NCBI GenBank assembly: GCA_964016885.1
Contig: OZ024746.1
Coordinates: forward strand, 95,356,001 to 95,420,000
DNA from: Eledone cirrhosa
Taxonomy: Eukaryota
Length of the DNA stretch: 64,000 bases
Direction: 5' to 3'
In this document: positions 11,540 through 26,100 of the stretch, piece after piece
Numbering within the stretch: position 1 is the first letter of the stretch
Layout of the letters: every line of letters starts with the position of its first letter
Notes under the pieces: model-generated
Seen by the model: the letters and a program-made list of their open reading frames with translations, nothing else
Database searches by the model: none
What the model was told of the DNA's origin: nothing
Made by a program: the position numbers and the translations under genes

Positions 11540-14500
11540 AAACGACCTATGCTAGCACTTCTGGTTGCTTTTTCGATATGATGGATGAACTAGGGAATTT
11601 CTGGAGAGTCAGAAGAATCTGGACACCCGAAGACAATGCAAAAGATAACGACAAATTCACCTCATGTTGCCGGACGAAAGGGCAAAGCCCCACCCTCTTT
11701 GTTGCGGCCGCGGATGGCCAACATAACCCCAACCCCATCAACCACACCCCTCCCTGCACCCCACCCACCAAACGCAATCCAAAACTTCAGAGTTGGTACC
11801 ATGAATGTAGGGACCTTAAAAGGCCGCTCAAACGAGGTTGTAGAAATGCTTGAACGTAAGGAGGTTGATGTCTGCTGCATCCAAGAGACCAGGTGGAGGG
11901 GCGGGTCTGCTAGATTCATTGTGGGTAAAAAACGATGCTATAAGCTTTTCTGGGTGGGAAATGACAATGGGCTGGGTGGGGTAGGAATCATGTTAGCAGA
12001 AAAATGGGTGGATAAGATAATAGACGTAAATAGAGTAAACGACAGAATAATTAAAATAAGACTTGTTCTAAATAGAACTACTGTGACGATAATATCTGCG
12101 TACGCGCCCCAATCCGGACTGCCTGGCGCTATAAAAGACACTTTCTATGAGACACTGATGCTCACTACCTCCCAAATAACCGACAGTGACTATATAATTA
12201 TTGCTGGCGACCTAAATGGTCACGTTGGACAACATTGTGACGGCTATGATGAAATCCATGGAGGCTATGGGTTTGGTACTAGAAATGAGGAAGGCTCCAG
12301 AATCCTGGAATTCTGTGACGCAAATAACCTAACAATCTGTAACACTAACTTCAAAAAACGAGACAATCACTTGATCACCTACAGATCAGGGGAACATACC
12401 AGCCAGGTAGATTATATCCTTACCAGAAGACGTGACAGAGTGGCTGTTGTAAACACTAAATCCCTCCCCCATGAAGAATGCACCTCCCAACATAGACTGA
12501 TAATTAGCGACCTCATAGTCAGGACGAGACGTACTCGACAGCAGAAGAGGACTATCCTCAAGAGAAAAATATGGAAGCTAAAGGACCCCACAGCCAGAAA
12601 TAAATTTCAAAGCATATTACTTGATGCTTTCGACAGTAAGGAAGAGTATTTAGAGTCGGACAATATAGAGGGACAGTGGGAATTCCTGAAAGCAAACCTG
12701 CTGATGGCGGCAGACGAAGTCTGTGGCTGGAGCAGGCCTATAGGCAGGAGGAGAGTAACATGGTGGTGGAACAGTAAGGTGGAGGAGTCGATTAAGGCCA
12801 AAAAGCAGGCTTGGAAAATATGGCGGGATGGGGGAAGTAGAGAAGACTATCAAGTGGCCAGGAGGGAAGCTAGGAGGCAAGTGTACTTCGCAAGAAGGGA
12901 AGCAGAGGAAAGAAAGTTCAAGCATGTTCTACAACGCGAGGACCAAAAACGTGAGGTGTTCAGGATTGCTAGGCAATGTGTCAAGGAAAACCGTGATATT
13001 GTTGGGGAGAAGTGTGTACTAAATGATGATGGCGTGCTCGCCATCACTGACGCTGATAAGAAGGTCGCTTGGAAGTGTCACTACGAGAGGCTACTAAATG
13101 AGGAGAATAAATGGGAGAAGGATAGTCTCCCCCAGATCGATCCAATAGAGGGACCAGCAGTGTTAGTTGAAGGTAGTATAATAAGTAAGGCAATCAAAGA
13201 TATGAAGACGGGTAAGGCGGCTGGGCCTTCGGAAATAGTTGCTGAGATGCTGAAGGCCCCTGGAACGGTGGGACACACCATGGTCACCCGGATAGTAAAC
13301 CAAGTCATACAGAATGGGGTGGTTCCGAAGGACTGGCGTAGCAGCATCATCATTAACTGTTACAAGGGTAAAGGAGACGCCCTAGATAGGAGTAACTATA
13401 GAGGGATTAAATTAATCGACCAGGTCATGAAGGTCACGGAAATAGTGCAACTAATCAGAGAGAGAATCGATCTAGATGAAATGCAGTTCGGGTTTGTGTC
13501 AGGCAAAAGTACCACAGACGCTCTTTTCATTGTACGACAACTACAGGAGAAGTACCTAGCTAAAAGTAAACCCCTATACTTAGCCTTTGTCGACTTGGAG
13601 AAAGCCTTCGACAGAGTCCCCCGTTCCATTATCTGGTGGGCTCTTAGAAAACTAGGTGTTGACGAATGGCTTGTGAGAGCTATACAAGCCATGTATAAAG
13701 AAACAGTGAGCAAGGTTAGAATTAACAACGAATATAGTGAAGAGTTTAGCGTAAAAGTTGGTGTCCATCAGGGCTCTGTTCTTAGCCCCCTACTATTCAT
13801 TATTGCTCTTCAGGCTATAACAGAGGAGTTCAAGACCGGCTGCCCATGGGAACTCCTATACGCAGATGACCTAACGCTCATAGCTGAATCAATGGCCGAG
13901 CTAGAGAAGAAATTCCAAACATGGAAGCACGACCTAGAATCAAAAGGCCTTAAAATTAACATGGCTAAGACTAAAGTTCTAGTTTGTAGGAAAGAAAATA
14001 AGGCGCCGGTCCCTTCCGGAAAATGGCCATGCTCGGTGTGTAGGAAAGGCGTAGGTAGAAACTCCATTTTATGTCCCAAATGCAAAGTATGGGTGCATAA
14101 AAGATGTAGTGGGATCACAGGTAAGCTAACTAAGAACACAGATTTTACATGTGGCCTGTGCTCTGGTGCAATAAGTAGCAGCAAGTGCCCATAAAATACT
14201 AGCTCTTTCAACTGCGCAGAGGGTTCTATAGAAATAGTGGACAGCTTCCGTTACCTGGGTGACAAAATCAGCAGTGGGGGAGGGTGCTCCGAAAGTACAG
14301 TAGCTAGAGTCAGAACTGGATGGAAAAAGTTCAGAGAGCTTATACCACTATTAGCCGCTAAAGGGTTCTCCCTAAAAATGAAAGGCAGGTTGTATGATGC
14401 CTGCATACGAACAGCAATGCTGCATGGCAGTGAGACCTGGGCATTGTGTGCAGAGGATATACGCAGACTAGAGAGGAACGAAGCTTGCATGCTCCACTGG

Positions 14501-15199
14501 ATGTGTAATAGTAATATACGCGAACGGCAAAGCATAAACGAACTAAGGAAAAAATTAGAAATAAGAGGGATCAGATGTTGTTTACTCGAGAGAAGGCTAC
14601 GTTGGTATGGTCACGTGATGCGCATGAAAGACGACAGCTGTATAGCAAAGTGCAGGGCAATAAAGATAGACGGTAGCCACGGAGTAGGCAGACCCAGAAA
14701 AACCTGGGACGAGCTGATAAATTCCGACCTCACACACTTACACCTCTCCAAGACAATGTCACTGGACCGAGAGCTTTGGCGGTACTCAGTAATAGAGAAG
14801 ACCCGCGTTACCTAAATACAAAGTAAAACCTACTACAGTCAGTAGGCATCTCTAACAAAATACACCACCACCCCCACCCCATCCACACCGCCCCTTTCAA
14901 TGTAAAGTTATGTTGGTGCCACAAAATCCAGGCCGAAACAAATGAGATCGTGTAGGTGTCGCGACAAAAAAACACACAGTCCACGCTGTAATGTGGCCGT
15001 GTAGGTAACACGGTAAAAACCTCCCAGCCCCACACTGTAAATGTGGTTGGTGTTAGGAAGGGCATCCAACTGTAGAAAACCCGCCAGACAGTCCTATGCG
15101 AGCAAGACAACCACTCTTGCCTCAAGTGGGAAAACTCCCGTCCAAACCCATGCAAGCATGGAACACGGACGTTAAATGATGATGATGATGATGATGATG
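11540..15199 (+). mobile_element. Near full-length RTE-clade LINE
   Basis: APE endonuclease (GTMNVGTL, CIQETRW, SAYAPQ, AGDLNGHVG, VDYIL, SQHRLII), RT, 3' UTR and (GAT)n tail at 15178-15199. The 5' boundary is approximate. Confidence 0.95.
11636..14815 (+). pseudogene. RTE EN-RT ORF interrupted by one in-frame TAA (14192-14194)
   Basis: ORFs 11636-14194 and 14237-14815 are in the same frame (offset 2601 = 867 codons). YADD motif intact. Confidence 0.9.
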
Positions 15200-16470
15200 A
15201 TTATAATTCAGAGTTTTCACTCAGGGGTCAAATACAATTATTAAGCTCTAAGAAATACTTCTGAGCATTACAGTACAATTTAATATAAAATTATGATCAA
15301 CACTAATGTGTTTTTTTTGCAAATTGACAATAAATTAGCCAGATAGAAATACCTTAATTCAAGTACATAAAGTCTGCCTGTATCGATCTAAAAAATAATA
15401 AATCTATACTTACAGACGTAAAATGGCAACTGCTGGGAAAGTCGTGTGCAAAAGCACATGTATTTGGTATGCAACAGACCAGTCTTAAGATATTTATCCT
15501 AGGTGAAGTAACTCTAATTTATCTGGGTGCCTATTGAGAATCACAGAAAATTGATTATTTCACTAATAATTATTTCATAAATAGTTATTCCGTAGTTAAT
15601 TAATTATTTCATTAGTATACCATCCTTTGTGAAGCAGGTTTATTTTTTGAAGTTCGGACTGATCTGCTGAAAAGGTTTGAATTTTGAAATTTAAACTTGT
15701 CTCGGCACCAGGGCAGTTGCCATTTTACGTCTGTAAGTATAGATTTATTATTTTTTAGATCGATACAGGCGGACTTTATGTACTTGAATTAAGGTATTTC
15801 TATCTGGCTAATTTATTGTCAATTTGCAAAAAAACACATTAGTGTTGATCATAATTTTATATTAAATTGTACTGTAATGCTCAGAAGTATTTCTTAGAGC
15901 TTAATAATTGTATTTGACCCCTGAGTGAAAACTCTGAATTATAATATGTCTGCTCCTTCGGTAGAGCTGAATTCGTAATCCCATATTTACGGCTGTTATT
16001 TCTAGTGCCATGGATATGAGGCAGAGTGCTGGGAAAGTCGTGTGCAAAAGCACATGTATTTGGTATACGACAGACCAGTCTTAAGATATTTATCCTAGGT
16101 GAAGTAACTCTAATTTATCTGGGTGCCTATTGAGAATCACAGAAAATTGATTATTTCACTAATAATTATTTCATAAATAGTTATTCCGTAGTTAATTAAT
16201 TATTTCATTAGTATACCATCCTTTGTGAAACAGGTTTATTTTTTGAAGTTCGGACTGATCTGCTGAAAAGGTTTAAATTTTGAAATTTAAACTTGTCTCG
16301 GCACCAGGGCAGTTGCCATTTTACGTCTGTAAGTATAGATTTATTATTTTTTAGATCGATACAGGCGGACTTTATGTACTTGAATTAAGGTATTTCTATC
16401 TGGCTAATTTATTGTTAATTTGCAAAAAAAACACATTAGTGTTGATCATAATTTTATATTAAATTGTACT
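15200..16470. repeat. Inverted plus tandem repeat element with Penelope pLTR-like architecture
   Basis: Inverted arms of about 234 bp (15200-15433 and 15713-15945) and a direct repeat (15431-15873 and 16027-16470, period about 597). Ends in (TA)n. Diverged relative at 22034-22300. Confidence 0.8.
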
Positions 16471-16647
16471 ATATATATATATAGAGAGAGAGGGGGAAAT
16501 AGAGAGAAAGACAGACAGAGAGAAATAATGAGATAGGCATAGAGAAGGAAAGGGAAGAGAAAGAAAAAGACAATTACACTAAATGTACATAACACTAGAC
16601 TCAACAGAAAACTGAACATATGAGTGTGTATGCACATGTTCACGTAG

Positions 16648-16678
<31 letters not shown>

Positions 16679-16779
16679 CAGGGTGTCCTCCAACAAATAT
16701 AGACAAACTTCAACAGCATTCTAATAAATATTGCCTGAACAGGTAATCAAATTGTGTATACATGTTTTGGACACCCTTT
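16679..16779. mobile_element. Short Tc1/mariner-type MITE
   Basis: TA-CAGGGTGTCC...GGACACCCTT-TA inverted ends inside (TA)n. Confidence 0.6.
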
Positions 16780-16787
16780 ATATATAT

Positions 16788-19700
16788 CATCATCATCATC
16801 ATCATCATCATCATTTTACGTCCGCTTTTCCCTGCTTGCAAGGGTGGGACAGGTCTTATTCAGCACAGCATCTCTCCACTCGTCACGGTCCCTCGTCATC
16901 TCCACCGTGAGCTTCAATGATCTGAGGTCTGTTCTCACCACCTCCGCCCATGTTTTTCGTGGTCTACCTCTACCACGTCTTCCTTCAACTGGCATTTCCT
17001 GGCACTTCTTCACCCATCGGTCATCCTCCATGCGCATCACATGTCCATACCACCGCAGTCTCCTCTCCCGTACACTACATTCTATCCCTCTCAGACACAG
17101 TTTCTCTCTCAACACATTTATGCTGGGTCGTTCTCGCACATTTACACTGCACATCCAACGGAGCATGCTTGCCTCATTTCTCTCCAGCCGTCGCATATCC
17201 TCTGCGGTTGCTGCCCATGTCTCACTACCATGCAGCATCGCACTCCTCACACAGGCATCATACAACCAGCCTTTCATACACAGGGAGAAACCCTTCTTCG
17301 TCAACAGAGGAAGCAGCTCCCTAAACTTCTTCCAACCCGTCCTTATTCTAGATACTATGGCCTCGGAACACCCTCCTCCCATGCTAATCTGATCTCCTAG
17401 GTACCGGAAGCTATCCACCACTTCTATAGCGCCCTCTCGCATTTGAAAAATGTGTCTATCAGTGCGACTTCTACTGTCTAATTTCCCTGTACATCTACTG
17501 CATACATATTTCTCCCTACCTGTTAGTTTGCCTGCTATCCCGCTACATCTCTTGTGTACCCAGGATCTGCATTGTGTGCATTTTATAGAATTTATGCCAG
17601 TTCCTTTTCTGCATATTGAACATGGCCATTTCCCTGACGGAATCAGGGTTTTGTCCTCTTTTCTACTCATCAACACTTTTGTCTTAGCTAGATTCACTCT
17701 CAGTCCTCTTGCTTCCAACTGCTGTTTCCATAGCCAGAATTTATTCTCTAGCTCCTCTACTGATTCTGCTATAAGAACCAGATCGTCAGCATAGAGAAGT
17801 TCCCATGGACAGCCAGTCTTAAACTCCTCTGTTATGGCTTGGAGGACTATAATGAACAAGAGCGGGCTGAGGACCGAACCCTGATGTACTCCTACTTGTA
17901 TCTGGAATTCCTCACTAAACTCCATTCCTACCCTGACTTTACTGAGAGTACCTCTGTACAAAGTTTGCACTGTCCTCACAAGCCATTCCTCGACACCTAG
18001 CTTCCTTAGGGACCACCAGATGACAGATCGGGGTACCCTATCAAAGGCCTTCTCTAGGTCAACAAAGGCTAAGTATAGTGGCTTATTCTTCTCTAAGAAC
18101 CTCTCTTGCATTTGTCTCACCAAGAAGAGGGCATCTGTTGTACTCTTCCCAGGCACAAAACCAAACTGCATCTCATCTAGTTTGACCCTTTCTCTAATTA
18201 GTTGTGCTAAAATCCTTTCTGCCACTTTCATAACCTGATCTATCAGTTTTATACCCCTATAATTGCTCCTCTCCAAAGCATCCCCTTTACCTTTGTAGCA
18301 ATTTATGAGAATACTGCTGCACCAGTCTTTGGGTATGACACCACCATATATAGCCTGATTGATGATGCGTGCAACCAGTTTAGTGCCTACGTCCCCTGAT
18401 GCCTTCAGCATCTCAGCAACTATTCCCGATGGTCCGGCCGCCTTACCATTTTTCATTTCCCTAATCGCCTCTTGGACCCTATATTCGTCAATCTCAATAG
18501 CTGGTCCCTCTGTCGGATCTACCAAGGGTAATTTCTCTCTCTCCCATTCATTCTCCACATTCATCAGTCTCTCATAATGACATTTCCAGGCCTCCTTTTT
18601 CTGGTCATTCATGACACTAAGTACACCGGCATCATCCCGGACACATTTATCTCCAACAACATCCTGATTTGCATTGACACACTGCCTTGCAATGTGGAAC
18701 ACCGCACGCCTCTGATCTTCCCGGCGCAGAACATTGGCAAACCTCCTACTCTCTGCCTCCCTGCGTGCTAAGTACACCTGACGTCTAGCTTCTCTCTTAG
18801 TGGCTGTATATTCTTCCCTACTCCCACCCTTTTTTCCAAGCCTTCCATGCTAGTCTTTTGTCTCTAATAGCCTTATCTACTGTGCTGTTCCACCACCAGG
18901 TCACTCTCTGTCTGGTTGGAGCTCTGCTCCAGCCACAGGTTTCATCAGTAGCCTGCAGCAAGTTGTCACGTAAGAACTTCCAGTTATTATCTATGTCATA
19001 CGTCTCTAAATCGTCTTCTTTTTCGTCATATCCATCTTGAAGGGCTTTCCTAAATTTGTATTTTAGTGAAAGGTCTTTTAGCTTCCAGACCTTTCTTCTC
19101 CACACCTTCCTATATGTCTCATTCCATCTCTTGCTTACTGAGATATCACTAACAACTAACTTATGCTGTGGGGTACATTCTTCCCCAGGGTATGCCTTGG
19201 TATTAGACACTATCTGCCTGTCCCGCTGCCTAACTAACAGGAAGTCAATCTGGCTTATGTGCTCACCAGATTTGTAGGTTATTAGGTGATTGGCAGGTTT
19301 CTGGAAGTTTGTGTTGCAAATAGTCAATGTACTTGCATCACAAAATTCAAGAAGTCTCACTCCTTCTTCCTTTCTTGAACCGTAACCGTGCCCACCATGT
19401 ACCCCCAGTGTAACCATCCTGGAGCTGTCCAACATGACCATTGAAGTATCCTGCTAGCATAACGATGTCTCCGTCCTCTGTCATTGTGGTTGTTTGCAAA
19501 AGTTGCTCATAAAAGCAGTCTTTCTCATCTTTGCCTAGGCCTGCTTGGGGAGCATAGACCGAGATGATTGTCAGTAGTCTCCTACCTACAACTAATCTAA
19601 GCTTAATTATTCGATTACTAACTCGAACTACCTCTATTGTCTTATTGATCCATTTCTCAGCCAGGAAAATGCCTACTCCCCCTAACCCATCATCCTTACC

Positions 19701-19890
19701 TACCCAGAATAGCTTATAGCTAAGACACTTGCCTACGACTAGTCTCGCAGAGGCACCTCTCCATCTCACCTCTTGCACGCAGCACACATCCACCTGCCTT
19801 CTCTCCAGCATCTCCGCTATTTCAGCAGATCTACCTCTGAGAGTGCCAACATTAAGTGTTGCAACTCTGAGATGCGACGTCTTCATATTT
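16788..19890 (-). mobile_element. Near full-length RTE LINE (second subfamily) with two frameshifts
   Basis: ORFs 19347-19886 (EN N-terminus), 18818-19441 and 16816-18777 (RT with finger). The ORF runs directly into a (GAT)n tail. A 3' fragment of this family lies at 8193-8412. Confidence 0.95.
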
Positions 19891-20324
19891 TGTTGTTGTT
19901 CCTATGCTGTTTTGTTGCTGTGCTGATAAGCGTTTTGGCATTGATACACTGGTTGGATGCCCTTCCTAACACCAGCGCCACTTTACAGCATGGACTGGGT
20001 GCTTTTATTTGTGCCACCAGCACTAGAGAGGATGTCTTACTAGACTCAAGGGCCCTCTCTACCCCTCCATTTTACAGCATGGCCATTAAAAAAAAAAAAA
20101 AAACTTATTGACACGACGCACACACAAACACTCACACACCAATACTCATGCATACAAACCACAACCACACACACGCCACACATACCAACACTCATTCATG
20201 CATACAATCACACACACCACTCACAAACACATATATATATACATATATTCCCGACAGTACTGATACAAAATCAAAATCGTCAAAGTCAAAATCACTATCA
20301 TGTCAACTGTTGACCTTTCCCAGT

Positions 20325-20941
<617 letters not shown>

Positions 20942-21068
20942 GTTATGTAATAAACAACATAAGGCAATTATTCCATTTACCAGTGGTTTCTTAAAAGCAA
21001 AAAGTGTTGCTTTCAATCATCAGAATGAAAAAATCGTGGTCTATTTATTGAATTGGATTCTTAAAAAA

Positions 21069-21185
<117 letters not shown>

Positions 21186-21998
21186 TATATTATATATATA
21201 TAAATATATAAATATTTATTTACGTACGTATAGCACGGAGTGCATGTGCATAAACACACATGCACCGTGTTATATTTTGACGGTATTGTACCCCACTTCG
21301 CTTGTGTATGGCTTGCATTTGTGTAGCCTGTCTATATGCTTGTGGAGCACCCTGGGGCTACGTAATTCAAGTACCTACCAGTATACCTTGTATATGTATA
21401 CTATGGCGAGGATTTTGATTGCTGTGGTCTTTCTGGATGTACCTTAAGAACATATTAGTGCTTATATAACTATAAGTTACGGAGATTCTATTCACTTGTT
21501 TTATAGGGACCAGCGCTTAAATTCCTCTGGCTTTTTTCTGTGCTTAAAATTCTTTCTTTTTTCTTTGTTCTTTTTCACTTCTTTCCTTCTAAAATTAAAA
21601 AAAATTTTTTTACCTTTTTATTTACTTTTTATCTCTTTACTTTTACTTTTTTATTATGTTTTAACCATTGTTTGTATTTTTGGCTTTTGTGTGCCATCAA
21701 TTGTATCTGCTTGTGCCCTAGCATTTAGCTGTGGTGCTTAACAACCCTAGCTGTCTGGAAGGAAAGAGATATTTATTTAATAATGTCTCATATAAAATAA
21801 TACAACCAGCTATCCACGAAATACTGATTAGTTAGCACCCCAAACACTAAATTGGGATAATACTTAGGTATATCCTAATGTTTGTTGAGTGAGATGGAGT
21901 TGGTCAGAGTATCGCTTAAGGCTTTCTCTGTTCATGTATTGAGTATCATCATCATCATCATCACCCTCGTTTAACGTCCACTTTCTACGCTAGCATGA

Positions 21999-22037
<39 letters not shown>

Positions 22038-22293
22038 AGTTAATATAAATTAATATATGATAAATACTTACGTGTTTTTATTGTAATTGACAATAAAATA
22101 GCTAGAATGAAATATCTTAATTCAAATACATATAGTCTGCCTGTGTTGATCTAAAAAATAATAAATCAATACTCACAAACATATATTGGCAAAAGGCCTT
22201 GGTACCTATTAATTTATATTAACTTGTATTGTACTGCTCAGAAATGTTTCTTAGAGCTAAAATAATTGTAAATGACCCTTGAGTGTAAACTCT

Positions 22294-22375
<82 letters not shown>

Positions 22376-22891
22376 ACGTTTCTATAACTTTATACTCTTT
22401 ATTATTTACAATTTACACTTAAATTTGGATTTTTGTTTGTTGTTGTTCAAAATATCTACACATTTTGTTTACTACTTTAAAATTCCACTTACACTCACTA
22501 ACATGCCCCCCCCCCCACACACACACATACACAATCACACATAAATAATAACTATTTGTAAAACTACACATCCTCAATACAATAGACCCACCAGTTGACC
22601 TTACTTTTTCTAATTCTGACCACGCTGACAACTCCCTTCCCTCTCAATTTTTCAGAATTTAACCACTCTATTTTGAAACTACATATAACTACCAACCAGA
22701 TTCTCATTCACTCCAAACCCACCTTTTTTTCACATCCCTCTTCTCACACACTACTTACCTCATGACCATTTTTAACTACACGGCACTCCCCATCCTCCAA
22801 ATACTAAGTAAATTTCCTTTTAATATTTATATCACCAACACTCTTGTAATGACAGTGCAGGTCAGTTCCCTAGACTCACATGCTGCTTTAA

Positions 22892-23180
22892 ATGACATCA
22901 TTTGAAGAAGCCATGAAGCAGACAGTTTCCTGTTACAACTGGAACCTACCGTTTTCTGCCTCCAGCCTGGGCATTGCCACCGATAACACAAGCGAGAGGA
23001 AGATAGCCAGATACCAGGACTTGACCAACTGCTTCCTTTTTGTGCTGGTTGCCATCGAGATCTCTAACGTTCTTAGTCCCCAAACTGCCATTTCCCTCTG
23101 CAAAATCAGATGGCAGGTATCCAACTTGAGGAAGGAGTCCTGTAGCCAGAAGCATATCTAGGGAAAATACTGCCTATGGT
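22892..23180 (+). mobile_element. CRE-like LINE restriction-like endonuclease C-terminal remnant
   Basis: SERKIARYQDL...FLFVLVAIEISNVLSP matches the K..KY..L...F.P.A.ET.G pattern. Confidence 0.55.
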
Positions 23181-26100
23181 AAGCAGTGAGATTGTGCCCT
23201 TGTCCAAACATGATTTATATAAATGGTTTAATGTTCCAGCCACCATAGTGCTTCTCACCCATGATAATCAGAGACAGATCATACATCTGAAGAGGTTTCT
23301 TTTTGACGATAGCTTCTCAGGCTTTAATAGAACGTGCCCCTAGTCCAAGTGGCGCCCATTTCAAGTGGTGCCCATGGCACATGACATGCCTGCCATACCC
23401 TAGTTACGCCTCTGCCTGTAGCAACAGAGATTATTTTGTTGTGGTGTGTGAAGAGTTGGTGTTAGTTTGTATTGGTTAATCATTCACTTTAGTGTGGCAG
23501 AATTTGTAATAGCAATTGTTGGCTTGATGGGGGATTCCATCAATTGATTTCTCCCATATAAGAGCTGTGAGAAAGTCTATGACTTATGGCAAATGAATTG
23601 TGTGTGTGTGTCTCAGTGAGTCGAGATGTGTGGCTATATTCGTTGCCATCGACAGTAGCAAGTTGAAGGTTTAAAGTAAAGCTGCCATTAGCAATATTTG
23701 ATGAACAATAACAAACATCGCTACTTTAATAATTCTTATTAAGAAATAACTTACATCAAAGTTATTTTAATAACACAGGAAAAGAATAAAGTATCATGTG
23801 TGTTATGTTTGTGTGGTTGGTTTGCATGAATGTTGTAGTAGTCTGAAAAGACACATGGAACTAACCTTTATCGAGGTGCCAACCCTGTCGAGAGGGTTGA
23901 AGTGTTTGGTTAAGAACTACATCTCTCTGCTTGCAGGAGAAAACTCTGTGATGTGTCTCTTTTGAGAGATGAAAGTAGGGTGGTTTTAGAAGCTACTTAA
24001 TCTTTGATAATGTGCAAATGACTCCCTTCTCCAGATTGGGTGATGCCAGATCTTGGAACATAAGAAAATGAGCTTATGTGTTGCCCGGAGATCAGCATGT
24101 GTGGTGACACAGACCTACTTTGCTGATATCAGAACAAGAGTTCAAATTACTGCTACAGCCCTGTGAGATGGAGTGGCTGATGTACTGGATGTTACTGGCT
24201 GTTATCCATGGCAATGCTTTTGCCATTTTGTCTATGGGTTGTGGCTGAGATATACAACCTAGACTGGGATGTAAAGACTGCTGCTCCCTCCCCACTTTCT
24301 CTTACTTTTACTATTAATTTTTTTCTCTTTTTCGTTTTTCTTTTTTTTTTCTTTTTATTGCAAACATTATATAATCAGTTTATGTTTACAAACTAAATTA
24401 CATTCAACACCTGATTCCACTTCTTTTCATTTTTAAAATTAGTCATAATTGAAATACCATGAAATACTTTCATGTCTAAGATTCTGATGAAAATTATAAA
24501 AAACTGGATCAGAATTCATGCTGTTCTTGTCCTTACCGGTTTGCTATTTTTCTTCCTTTGTTTGTAAGCAGTGGTCTATTTAAAGCTACCGGGGGTGACA
24601 TCATCTGTGGACTGAAGTGCATAATGTTGTGTGTGTGTGTGATTTCCTCTCAAGTGTTGTGCTTTTGTTTATGTTTTTATGTAAAATTTTTTACAATGCA
24701 AATGTTGTATCAAGCCGCAAAGTTGCATAGTTTAACTATTCTGGAATGAGTTATGTGCTCGGGCTTGTGTATGTGTGCATGTATGCATTGAATGTTGTGT
24801 GTTTAGTTGTAATCGTCTGTTAGAGTTGACTATTATTCATGTGTGTATTATCATGTCAGAAGTTGTGTGTGTGCGCTTTTATGTTAAGTATTGCGTATTG
24901 AGTTCTAATCTGTTGTTGATATGTGGGTTTAGCCTAATTAATAGTATTCTTTCTTTGACTCTAACATTGCCTAAGTTCCTATATTCATATATATATATAT
25001 ATTTGCTAACCCAGGATACTAAGAGTAAATGAACTAAAATAGTGGTTTGTCATAAGAAAGGCATCCATCCATAAAAAAACTTGCTGTCAATTGTGTCATA
25101 AACATGACCCCCCCCCCCTTAATGTTGATGACCTACATGATAAATGCGCTCAGTACACCCTGTAAAGTGGTTAGTGATAGGAAAGGAATCTAGTCATAGA
25201 AAACCTGCCAAACAAAGGACCAGGTGAACTCTTTTGCTGTGTCAAGAACATGACAACTTCCTTAGTGTTGGTGACATGATAAAACACATTTGATAGGTTG
25301 CAGGATTGCATGTCAGGGCCATAGCCTACCTTGAGATCAGTTGGTCTACTTGAGTACTGACTCATTGGTGATGACAAATCCACCCACCTCTTGTTAGTAG
25401 GAAAAATGTATGTTAAATGATGATGATGATGATTTGCATTTTGCCCTTTTTAAACTTTGAAGTTTATGATTAACAATTAAATTAAATAACAAATTTTGTT
25501 TTTTAATTTTCGGCAAAGCCATCCATAAAATTGCTTGGTATGCAAATGAGGCTAATCAGCCGATGTATACATTTGAGAAGACTATGTATTCTCAGTAGTT
25601 CCAGTGGGTAGCAGTGATGAGAGTACACAATCTTGATAAGGAGCAAAACACTCTGGAACAATTGTCGATTGTTTTCTCCGACTTGCATCTAACAGGACAA
25701 CCTGTCTAACCCATACTAGTGTGGAAAATTGACGTTAAATGGTGATGATGATGATGATGGTGATTTGAACCTTTATATGTAGTAAGAAATTCTCAGGAGA
25801 GCTGGACAGCAGAAGATCAGTTTCTTACCATATATAGAGGTACAAATATTTTGACATTTTTCTTTGTTTCATCACCATCATCATCATCATCATCAATTAA
25901 CGTCCATCTTCCACGTTAGCATGGGTTTGTCCCATTTAGAGGTAAGTTGGGTCAGGTGACCATGTCTCACTCATATAGGGGTGTTTCTGGCTGGTTTTCT
26001 ATGGCTGGATGCCCTTTCTAATACCAACCACATTGACAGTGTGTGGTGGGTGCTTTTTGCTGTCTTTTACACGTCCACTTTACATTGTGGGCTGGGGGTT

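Noticed and set aside
24208-24270. Candidate signal-peptide exon MAMLLPFCLWVVAEIYNLDWD|GTAAAG
   Set aside because: Phase 0 would fit exon A, but the donor and signal peptide are weak and other candidates at 23796 and 26838 are no better.
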